Virus record (IMG/VR): IMGVR_UViG_3300044259_000028
Location: 18,283-82,282 of that record
Source: a virus
Lineage: Duplodnaviria; Heunggongvirae; Uroviricota; Caudoviricetes
DNA: 64,000 nt
Direction: 5' to 3' (one strand)
The notes beneath the pieces were generated by a model. It was not told where the DNA came from and did not search any database. It saw only the letters and a list, made by a program, of their open reading frames with translations. Below, piece after piece: positions 18,566 to 26,410 of this stretch (the first letter of the stretch is position 1; each line of letters starts with the position of its first letter). The position numbers and the translations under genes were made by a program.

Positions 18566-19714
18566 ATGGCAATGACCCCATTACCTCCAGCACCTCAGCG
18601 TACAGACTCACCAGAAGTGTTTGTACCAAAAGCTGACGCACTGGTAGCCGCACTTCCCGGTTTTGTTACGGAAGCAAACGCACTGCAAGTAGATGTTACC
18701 ACAAAACAGACTAATGCTGCAACCTCTGAAACCAATGCTGCAACGTATGCTGCAAATGCTTTAGCCTCTCAGAATTCGGCTATGTCCTCTGCAAATACAT
18801 CAGTATGGGTAAGTGGATTTAGTTATGCATCAGATGCCTCGGTAATTAGTCCACTTAATCATTTAACATACCGTAGGACTTCAGCCGGGTCGAGTACAAC
18901 TGATCCCTCGCTTGATCCTACAAATTTCACACCTTTAACATCTTTCGGTGGCTCACAAGTATTCACTACAAACGGGACATTTAATTTAGTCCCTTATGCA
19001 AGTTATTACATGATTGATGCCGTAGGTGGAGGAGGAAGTGGTACATCTTCTGCTGCTGCTGGTGGTGCTGGTGGAGGCGGAGGGGGAGAAAGGGTTATCC
19101 TAATTATCCCAGCTTCATCATTATCTGGCTCACAAGCGGTAGTTGTGGGGACAGGTGGTGCTACACGAACAAATGCTAACGGTCAAGCAGGTGGTAACAG
19201 TACATTTGGAGGAACCTTAGTAGTTGCTCACGGTGGTGCTGGTGGCTCTGCTAACGTTGGTGGTGTAGGTGGGGGCATTGCTGTGTCTTCCGTTACCACA
19301 GGGGCATCTGGACAAATGGCAGGTAATGCTGGTTCTTCAAATTCTATCCGTTGTGCTGAGTGGGGCGGTGGAGCAGGTGCTACTGCTGCTAATGGTACAG
19401 GAGGTGGTAGCAGTCTACATGGCGGCGGAGGTGGTGCCGCAGGAACATCTGGAGCTAGTGCACAATCTGGCGGGGCTTCTGGTAGCTATACAGGTGGTGG
19501 AGGCGGTGCTAGCGGTACAGTAGGCTCACCTAATGGTGTAGCAGGTGCAAATGCTGCTAATTCGACTGTCAGTGGTGCTGGTGGTGGAGCAGGTTATGAT
19601 GTTACAGGCAACGGTGGTGCTGGTGGATTCCCCGGTGGTGGAGGTGGTGGATGCGATGTATCCAAGGCATCTGGTGCTGGTGGAAACGGTGTTGTCCGTG
19701 TGTACTGGTGGTAA
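18566..19714 (+). CDS. Glycine-rich tail fiber-like protein
   Basis: 382 aa. C-terminal half is made of GGxGG repeats and ends VRVYWW. The DNA contains repeated GGTGGTGCTGGTGG. Confidence 0.4.
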   Translation: MAMTPLPPAPQRTDSPEVFVPKADALVAALPGFVTEANALQVDVTTKQTNAATSETNAATYAANALASQNSAMSSANTSVWVSGFSYASDASVISPLNHLTYRRTSAGSSTTDPSLDPTNFTPLTSFGGSQVFTTNGTFNLVPYASYYMIDAVGGGGSGTSSAAAGGAGGGGGGERVILIIPASSLSGSQAVVVGTGGATRTNANGQAGGNSTFGGTLVVAHGGAGGSANVGGVGGGIAVSSVTTGASGQMAGNAGSSNSIRCAEWGGGAGATAANGTGGGSSLHGGGGGAAGTSGASAQSGGASGSYTGGGGGASGTVGSPNGVAGANAANSTVSGAGGGAGYDVTGNGGAGGFPGGGGGGCDVSKASGAGGNGVVRVYWW

Positions 19715-19726
19715 ATGGGAGGTCTA

Positions 19727-20128
19727 ATGAGAGCAGCACAAATCAAAGACGGAGTAGTTATAAATTTCTGCTTTGTTGAAGAATTCACAGAAGAGTTCAT
19801 AGAAACTTTTGATTACGTAGACATTGGTGATATTTGGGATGGCAAGAAGTTTTCAAAACCAATTGTTGTGAAGACCCGTGATGAAAAGAAAGTAGAGCGT
19901 CAGGCGCAGGTAGATCGACTAACTGTAACAGTTGACGGAATGGTATTTGATGGTGATGAAGAAAGCCAGAACAGAATGGTAAGAGCAATTGCAGCTTTAA
20001 CCTTTGCTAGTAAGGAGTCTACAACATGGGTATTAAATAACAATACTGCTGTAGAGGTTACACTAGATCAACTTTCTAGGGCACTTGTTGAAGCAGGTAA
20101 AGCGCAAACTGCTGTTTGGGTAATATAA
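19727..20128 (+). CDS. Tail fiber assembly chaperone-like protein (putative)
   Basis: ~133 aa from ATG at 19727 with GGGAGG RBS, position after the fiber-like gene. Confidence 0.3.
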   Translation: MRAAQIKDGVVINFCFVEEFTEEFIETFDYVDIGDIWDGKKFSKPIVVKTRDEKKVERQAQVDRLTVTVDGMVFDGDEESQNRMVRAIAALTFASKESTTWVLNNNTAVEVTLDQLSRALVEAGKAQTAVWVI

Positions 20129-20415
20129 TGAAACGAGTATGGTTAGTATTTATTTTGGTTATAGCCCAAATATCTACCATACTCGCACCTTTTAGAACTT
20201 TATGGGCAATCACAATAGGTGACTACTCAAGAGCCTTGGAAGTTCTAAAAGGTTACGATAGATTAGGTAATGCTGTTACTAATGGAAATAGTAATGAGAC
20301 AATTAGTAGTAGGGCTAATCGTGCGAGGAATGAGAATGCGAAGTGGGGATGTTTCCTGTGCTCCATTTTAGATAAGATTGAGAATGACCACTGCAAAAAT
20401 TCAGCAGGAGTCTAG
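20128..20415 (+). CDS. Small membrane protein (N-terminal TM, Cys-rich C-terminus)
   Basis: TAATG coupling with the upstream ORF. The ORF track start at 20116 is TTG. 95 aa. Confidence 0.4.
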   Translation: MKRVWLVFILVIAQISTILAPFRTLWAITIGDYSRALEVLKGYDRLGNAVTNGNSNETISSRANRARNENAKWGCFLCSILDKIENDHCKNSAGV

Positions 20416-20433
20416 AAGTATTAAGGAGGTATT

Positions 20434-20778
20434 ATGCCGTCGATAGAGGTATTAGTTGCAATTCTTGGAGGGGCATTAACTGTCATTTCAGTGTTAGGTG
20501 GAGTAGTTTGGAACATGCTACGAGAAGAATCCAAGGAACATAGCGAGCTAATCAGTAAAAAAGCAGACGCTGATAGAGTGCATGAGATTGAAGCACGTTG
20601 GCAAGCAGAGTTAACATCTGTTAAAGAAGGTAATGAGAGATTAATTGACAAACTTTCACAACGTCATGACCGTGAATTAGATCAGCTATCAACACGACTA
20701 AGTGAACAGATTAGAAACACAGAAGCAAATATTCTTACACAAATTCGTTTAATGGTTCAAGTGCTGGAGAAAAAATAA
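20434..20778 (+). CDS. Membrane-anchored coiled-coil protein (i-spanin-like or holin-associated)
   Basis: 114 aa. One N-terminal TM (VLVAILGGALTVISVLGGVVW) then a charged coiled coil. Directly precedes the endolysin gene. Confidence 0.35.
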   Translation: MPSIEVLVAILGGALTVISVLGGVVWNMLREESKEHSELISKKADADRVHEIEARWQAELTSVKEGNERLIDKLSQRHDRELDQLSTRLSEQIRNTEANILTQIRLMVQVLEKK

Positions 20779-21320
20779 TGAGTCTAGACACAATTATCGA
20801 CAATATCATTAGCAATGAAGGTGGGTATGTCAACGATAGTTCCGACTTAGGCGGTGAAACTAAGTATGGCATTACAGTATTGACTGCTAAAGCTAATGGA
20901 TACTATGGAAATATGAAGGACTTGCCACTGTCTCTAGCTAGACAAATTTACGCAAACAAGTACTACTATGAACCTAAGTTCGACAAGGTAGCTGTTTTGT
21001 CAGAGAGTATTGCAGCAGAATTAACAGATACAGCCGTCAATATGGGTGTAGAAATCTCTAAAGGGTTTCTCCAGTCTTCATTAAACTTATTTAATAGACA
21101 AGAGAAGGACTATAAAGACATTCCTGAAGATCGCAGCATTGGTCCAATAACTTTAGCAGCTTTAGGTAGCTTCCTATCTAAACGAGGTAAGGAAGGTGAG
21201 CAGGTGATGGTGAGGACACTGAATATTATGCAAGGTGCTCGCTATATTGAGATAACAAAAGCTCGTGTTGCTAATGAAGAATTTTTATGGGGATGGCTAA
21301 AAAACCGCGTAGCGGTATAA
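20778..21320 (+). CDS. Endolysin, GH108-like lysozyme with C-terminal peptidoglycan-binding domain
   Basis: N-terminal NEGGYVNDSSDLGGETKYGIT resembles the GH108 signature. C-terminal PG_binding_3-like region. Confidence 0.7.
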   Translation: MSLDTIIDNIISNEGGYVNDSSDLGGETKYGITVLTAKANGYYGNMKDLPLSLARQIYANKYYYEPKFDKVAVLSESIAAELTDTAVNMGVEISKGFLQSSLNLFNRQEKDYKDIPEDRSIGPITLAALGSFLSKRGKEGEQVMVRTLNIMQGARYIEITKARVANEEFLWGWLKNRVAV

Positions 21321-21330
21321 AGGAAATGCT

Positions 21331-21885
21331 ATGGAATGGAAAGATGTTCTTGGTGTAGTAACAAAACTGGCACCAACAATTGCAGCAGGTATAGGTGGAC
21401 CACTAGCAGGAGGGGCTATAGAGGCCCTAGAAGGTGTTTTTGGCCTTACTACTAGTGGAACCACAGATGACAAGCAAAATGCGCTTGTAGCTGCTATAAG
21501 TGGTGCTAGTGCAGACCAACTATTAGCTCTTAAGAAAGCTGACCAAGACTACCAGTCTAAAATGACTGAGTTAGGCTTTAAAAATGCAGAAGCGCTAGCA
21601 GCTTTGCAAGTAAGTGATTTAGATAGTGCAAGAAAACGTGAAGTGTCGGTAAAGGACAACACACCTAAAGTTCTAGCTTACGCAATCACACTACTTTTTG
21701 CGTCTGTACTAGGTTTCATGCTATTCGCTAATGTGCCTGCTGGAAGTAGGGATTTGCTAAATATTATGCTGGGTATGTTAGGAACAAGTTATGTTTCCGT
21801 GATTTCATACTACTTTGGTTCGACGGCAGGAAGTTTAGCTAAATCAGAGTTACTTGCTGGAAATAAACCTTCAGCACAAAAATAA
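21331..21885 (+). CDS. Holin-like protein (3TM, GTA-holin type)
   Basis: Gly/Ala-rich N-terminus (LAPTIAAGIGGPLAGGAIEAL) and C-terminal TM helices. Adjacent to the endolysin gene. Confidence 0.5.
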   Translation: MEWKDVLGVVTKLAPTIAAGIGGPLAGGAIEALEGVFGLTTSGTTDDKQNALVAAISGASADQLLALKKADQDYQSKMTELGFKNAEALAALQVSDLDSARKREVSVKDNTPKVLAYAITLLFASVLGFMLFANVPAGSRDLLNIMLGMLGTSYVSVISYYFGSTAGSLAKSELLAGNKPSAQK

Positions 21886-21911
21886 ATTAATTAATAAGAA
21901 AAGGAAAATAA

Positions 21912-23279
21912 ATGTCCGATAGTATTAAAGTATCTTCAGCATGGCCTGTAAATGAACTTGGAGAAGTTTTATTTGATGTAGGTACAGGCTCAGATAATGT
22001 GGGTGGTTTCTTATCACAAGATTTGCTCCCAGTAAATGCAATTACTGGTAAAGCATCTATCAAAGTTCCTCGTGGAAGTCGTTATAAACGTGGAGGACGA
22101 AAAGCTACTCGTCAAGTGTCTAGCCGAATGGCTACCGCTGCTAACGGAGCAGTTGGATACACGTACCACAACAACATTACAGTAGAAGCGGATGTTATTG
22201 CAATTCGCCCAACATTCAATAATGTTCATACAGCAGCACTAACAGGGGTAACATTTGCAGTTGCACCTACCACTGATTTCAGTAATCCTATTGTTCCAAC
22301 AGGTGCATGGGTTAATGGAACATCTGGTGTAGGAAGTTCTTCATCTCTAACAGTAGCTGCACGTTTAGCAGCAGAACAACCTTCGTTAACTCGCCCTGAT
22401 TGGGTGTTTATCAATTCTGTAGCACCTTCTGACGGTGTATCACTACGTCGATTCTGTGTACGGCACTTTGTCCCGGCAGCAAATGCTACCACTAGCGAAG
22501 GATTCTATGCACTAGACACAGTGTTCCATACGCCTAATAGCATTAACGCCGGTCGTGTATTCCAGACCTATCGTCAAGATGTGGATGGTGTAACGTCTAA
22601 GGCAGCTTTCACTAATACTACTCCACAATCTAAACCGGGTTTAATCATGGGTTGGGATTACATGCTAGCTAGTGGTGAGATTATTACCATTGCAGCGTCT
22701 GGAGATTCTATTACAGAAGGTGCAGTGAATGGTGCAATTGGTAATTTTGGTAATGGATGGGCTTATCAGGCAATTAGATTATTCCGTGAGCGTCACCCTC
22801 AAATACTGATTGAGTATGCTAACTACGGGTTATCTGGACAGAACACAGCGACATTTAATCCTGTCATTATCGAGCGTCTTCCTCGTATTGAACCTGATTT
22901 ACTGTTGTATTCCCCATTCTCAGTGAATGATGGCACACCAACAACATCAACAATTAACAATGGTGCAGTGTTGTCATCTAACTTGCAGACAGCAGCGAGA
23001 ACTTCTAATGTTCCGACTATTTATGTAGGTGGATGCCCTAACACACTCCAAAACTGGACAATTGCACAAGATGGTGTACGTCGTCTAGGTAACATGTTCT
23101 ACCGTGGTGAATTCAGAATGAGTTGCAACTACATTGACACAGACATTGATTTGTGGGATGGAGTTAAGGCACTAAAGCCCGAAGTAACTGATGACTTAAC
23201 ACACCCTAACGAGTATGGCGCAGGACTAGTTGCTAAAAATCAAGTTCTCCCAGCACTTGAACGTGCAATCCTAGGATAA
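21912..23279 (+). CDS. SGNH/GDSL hydrolase domain protein (putative receptor-modifying esterase or tail fiber)
   Basis: 455 aa. GDSITEG motif in the C-terminal half, with a beta-rich N-terminal half. Confidence 0.55.
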   Translation: MSDSIKVSSAWPVNELGEVLFDVGTGSDNVGGFLSQDLLPVNAITGKASIKVPRGSRYKRGGRKATRQVSSRMATAANGAVGYTYHNNITVEADVIAIRPTFNNVHTAALTGVTFAVAPTTDFSNPIVPTGAWVNGTSGVGSSSSLTVAARLAAEQPSLTRPDWVFINSVAPSDGVSLRRFCVRHFVPAANATTSEGFYALDTVFHTPNSINAGRVFQTYRQDVDGVTSKAAFTNTTPQSKPGLIMGWDYMLASGEIITIAASGDSITEGAVNGAIGNFGNGWAYQAIRLFRERHPQILIEYANYGLSGQNTATFNPVIIERLPRIEPDLLLYSPFSVNDGTPTTSTINNGAVLSSNLQTAARTSNVPTIYVGGCPNTLQNWTIAQDGVRRLGNMFYRGEFRMSCNYIDTDIDLWDGVKALKPEVTDDLTHPNEYGAGLVAKNQVLPALERAILG

Positions 23280-23303
23280 CATAATTAGCTCTTGGTAGAG
23301 CCT

Positions 23304-23338
23304 TGGAACACCTCTAAAAAGGGTGTTCCTTTTTTTTT
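23304..23338 (+). terminator. Strong rho-independent terminator ending the late operon
   Basis: ggaacacc-tctaaaaag-ggtgttcc hairpin followed by T10. Confidence 0.8.
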
Positions 23339-23342
23339 TCCA

Positions 23343-23385
23343 TAAAAGAAAAGCCCCAACACATTTCAGTGTCAGGGCTAATGTT
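23343..23385 (-). terminator. Terminator for the leftward transcription unit
   Basis: On the minus strand: agccctgacactgaaatgtgttggggct hairpin followed by tttcttttat. Confidence 0.5.
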
Positions 23386-23559
23386 ACTCTTTATCTACAG
23401 GAGTTTTATTTGCACGTTTAGGTTTATCAGCCACTACAGGCTCATCGAAAGACTTTTCGACAATACCAAAAATCAGTAGCATAACTTCAGTTGGAATCGG
23501 CAGGTTGTAGTTATAGCGATCAACTGCATCTTCAAACTCTTCTTTAGTCAACGTAGACA

Positions 23560-24033
23560 TTACTCACCTCCAAGCAGTTTCTTCAAATCAGTAAAAATTG
23601 TGCCTTTTTCAATAGCTTTTACAACAGCATCATCCTTAGCACGAGCTACGAAGAAAGCTTTCAAGTCTTTTGGCTTGTAGTTAGAAGCTTTACCAGCCGC
23701 CTGCACAGCCTCTTTGATTTCTCGCTCGATTGACTTGATATCGCCGATAATTTCCATACCATCTTCACTTTCCTCAATGTACTTCTTGAGTTCAGCTTGA
23801 GCTTCTTTCACCAATTCAGCCAGTTCTAACGCACGTTCATCACTATCCTTAAAGTCTTTCAAGATAAGTTTCTTTTTAATAAGATTGCGAATCATTGGTG
23901 CAATTTCTTGCGAATAACCCATCAATACAGCAGGATTAGGCTTAGGCTTATCCACCGAGTCAATTACAATAGTATTCAAATTATTCTTCTCCAAAGTATC
24001 CAATAAGTGCACCAACCGGGAAGATAGCAACAC
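23560..24033 (-). CDS. Hypothetical protein
   Basis: 157 aa ORF. The true start may be an internal Met, because the upstream part overlaps a small membrane ORF. Confidence 0.4.
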   Translation of the reverse strand: MLLSSRLVHLLDTLEKNNLNTIVIDSVDKPKPNPAVLMGYSQEIAPMIRNLIKKKLILKDFKDSDERALELAELVKEAQAELKKYIEESEDGMEIIGDIKSIEREIKEAVQAAGKASNYKPKDLKAFFVARAKDDAVVKAIEKGTIFTDLKKLLGGE

Positions 24034-24154
24034 CGATTACACGAATTAGTTTTTCAAATTGAGATTGAGGACGATTTTCCTTAATCAGTTTATAAATGTT
24101 TAGGCCGTAACCTAACCATGTAATGACACAAATAATTAGCAAAAATGCTATCAC
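23981..24154 (-). CDS. Small membrane protein (57 aa, GTG start)
   Basis: GGAGGAATAA then GTG. Translation VIAFLLIICVITWLGYGLNIY...VAIFPVGALIGYFGEE. Below the ORF-track size cutoff. Confidence 0.3.
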   Translation of the reverse strand: MIAFLLIICVITWLGYGLNIYKLIKENRPQSQFEKLIRVIGVAIFPVGALIGYFGEE

Positions 24155-24610
24155 TTATTCCTCCTTCAACCATAAAGTTGCATCAACTTCCCTAAAAACT
24201 TCTTGGAAGATTGCAGTTAGACGTTTAACGTCGAGATTACCAAGTCCACCACCGATCATAGGGAGATGAATAGGTTTATCTTTGAAATGCTTTACGACAG
24301 CTTGGCAGACAATGATAATCGCGTCATAGTCTGCATATTTGACGTTAGCATCTCGCCCGTAGAATTCCTGAGTAATCGCGTTGATGATTGTAGGACCTTC
24401 TACAGTTTGTACGGCAATAACTTGGCCGAGATGTAAGCCTTGTTCTTTCTGAACTTGTTTGTAGCCCTTATAAGCTTCTGGATAGTTCACTTTAACCAGT
24501 TTGGCAATACCACTGCCCATAACCCCTTGAGCATTACAGCCGTGGATGAATACGCAGTCTTGATCTTTGATCGCGTTAAAGATATCACCAACTTCAATTT
24601 TCAGAGTCAT
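24155..24610 (-). CDS. Macro domain protein (ADP-ribose binding or processing)
   Basis: GDIFNA...CVFIHGCNAQGVMGSGIAKLV and ...HLPMIGGGLGNLDV match macro-domain motifs. Confidence 0.75.
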   Translation of the reverse strand: MTLKIEVGDIFNAIKDQDCVFIHGCNAQGVMGSGIAKLVKVNYPEAYKGYKQVQKEQGLHLGQVIAVQTVEGPTIINAITQEFYGRDANVKYADYDAIIIVCQAVVKHFKDKPIHLPMIGGGLGNLDVKRLTAIFQEVFREVDATLWLKEE

Positions 24611-24846
24611 CGTATGCCTTTCATAAGTTTTGAGGAAGCTATATGTGCACGCATCAGTGCTTTATATTGTTTTCGGTTTCGGTAGTATCCGGGCGTATGC
24701 CACGATTCCGGCCAACCTTCACCACGAGCATGTCTGCCGTCCCATTTACCTAGGTAAAAACCTTCACGATCATTCCGACTAGCGTACATCTTTTCTCCTT
24801 TTAAATAACCAGCACCCATTGTATTCGAACAAGTGCTGGTTGTCAA
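24607..24846 (-). CDS. Hypothetical protein
   Basis: 79 aa, Trp/Arg-rich. ATGA overlap with the macro gene. Confidence 0.4.
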   Translation of the reverse strand: MTTSTCSNTMGAGYLKGEKMYASRNDREGFYLGKWDGRHARGEGWPESWHTPGYYRNRKQYKALMRAHIASSKLMKGIR

Positions 24847-24851
24847 TTACA

Positions 24852-26054
24852 TTACTTGTTCAGAACGTACCAGCGCTTGCCAGTCTGAGCAGTGATGCCT
24901 GCATCGTACACACGCTTACCACTTGCACGAGCAGCAGAACGTGATGCGAAGTAGATACGAGTTGGCACAGGAGTCAGTGGCGAAGGAGTAGGCTTGTTGG
25001 TAGGGGCAACTTTAGGCAGTTGCACCACAACAGGTTTAGCAGCTTTACCAGCCACAGGGCCATTCAGGTACGCCGTATCAGCAGCAGTGAATGGTACACC
25101 AATTTTCTCCCAGTACACAATACCAGTACCACCAACCAGTTTACGATTAATCGAAGTCGACTGGATGAAGATATCGTAGTTACCGTGATCGCCGGGATGC
25201 AGACGTGCATTACCAACAGTTGGCAGACCGATCATACTACGAGCATCCGCGCCTGCATACACTTTACCGTTCTTACGGTCACGAACCAGAATCAGTTTGG
25301 TGTCTTGAACACGTGCTTCGGTTTTGGTCAGTTGATAGAACGCACTACCTTTCAGAAGGGTTTTGCCGGTGCTCATCTCAACAAACGGTTTGATTTCAAC
25401 GCCACCCATCGTAGCAGGCACGACAAACAGTTTGATTTCTTTCGATACGTCAATCAGTGATTTGGTATCAACTGCGGTTGCATCAGCGTAGAATACCGAC
25501 GACGAACGTACACCAGTTGCACGGGTAGCGTAGAATTTATCCAGCGCTGCGGTAGTTGCTTGCGTCGAAGCTTCCACACCTTTTTCAGTTTGATCCCATT
25601 CTTGAACGTTGCCACGAGGGACGCCAAGGTCACGGGACAGACGCTCAGCATGACCACGAGGAACACGGAATACGAAAGTCCAACGGTCAGTTGCAATCAG
25701 TTCACGAATCTTACGAGCCAGCGTAGCTTGGTTGTATTTCTTCGAATTGTTTTCTTCACCGTCAGTCGTGATGGTCAGAAGGAAGTTAACTTTTGGATCG
25801 TTATAGTCTGGAACAGCTTCGAACATCTCGATCAGGTCACCGACAGCATCGTACATCGCCGTATAACCGACAGCGGACCACTGTTTCTTCGGATGCAGGA
25901 CATGAGGATTCGAATTGACGATTTCACGTTTGACAGTGTAGTCAAAGCCTACAACCGACACGATAGTATCTTGCATGTATTTGGTAGCTGCATCTTTGAC
26001 AGCACCGATATTTGCGTTATAGTCACGCAGGGCAGCAGAACGCAGACTCGCCAT
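24852..26054 (-). CDS. Hypothetical protein with vWA-like FLLTITTDGEENN segment
   Basis: 400 aa with a Pro-rich linker near the C-terminus. No SD before the ATG. Confidence 0.45.
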   Translation of the reverse strand: MASLRSAALRDYNANIGAVKDAATKYMQDTIVSVVGFDYTVKREIVNSNPHVLHPKKQWSAVGYTAMYDAVGDLIEMFEAVPDYNDPKVNFLLTITTDGEENNSKKYNQATLARKIRELIATDRWTFVFRVPRGHAERLSRDLGVPRGNVQEWDQTEKGVEASTQATTAALDKFYATRATGVRSSSVFYADATAVDTKSLIDVSKEIKLFVVPATMGGVEIKPFVEMSTGKTLLKGSAFYQLTKTEARVQDTKLILVRDRKNGKVYAGADARSMIGLPTVGNARLHPGDHGNYDIFIQSTSINRKLVGGTGIVYWEKIGVPFTAADTAYLNGPVAGKAAKPVVVQLPKVAPTNKPTPSPLTPVPTRIYFASRSAARASGKRVYDAGITAQTGKRWYVLNK

Positions 26055-26200
26055 AGACGACGAGTGATCGTTTGCGAAACCAACATAGTTCTTTGCTTCG
26101 ATATTTGCTTGAGTTATATTTTATTTCTCCTAATAGGTTATCTCTTTCGAGAGTTAATTGAAGCGTCATTATATAACAACGCTTCAGATTTTGCAAAAAT

Positions 26201-26410
26201 TTATTTCACAAAACTTTTCAAGGCCATCCAAATAGTTTTTCTTTGGATAAAGTTTCTGCCATCTGGTCCACAATGTCCTAGTTGCTGACGCTCTAAAGAA
26301 GCGAACCCGTATGCACTTCCATCGACAGGATCAAGTGTATGAGAACATTTAGAGTAAGTAGCGCCTACAAAGGAACCTTCGTACTTTTCACAATTTACAC
26401 AGAGTTTCAT
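26201..26410 (-). CDS. Small Cys-containing protein (zinc-ribbon-like)
   Basis: 69 aa, CVNCEK...CSH. Confidence 0.35.
   Translation of the reverse strand: MKLCVNCEKYEGSFVGATYSKCSHTLDPVDGSAYGFASLERQQLGHCGPDGRNFIQRKTIWMALKSFVK

Noticed and set aside
19269-19727. + strand ORFs 19269..19523 and 19545..19727 inside the glycine-rich gene
   Set aside because: They are alternative frames of the GGTGCTGGTGG repeat DNA (Val/Leu/Gln-rich). No independent support.
25020-26288. Several + strand ORFs (25020..25460, 25560..26288, 26410..26901, 27481..28149)
   Set aside because: They are antisense to well-supported minus-strand genes (vWA-like, NAMPT-like). No RBS and skewed composition.
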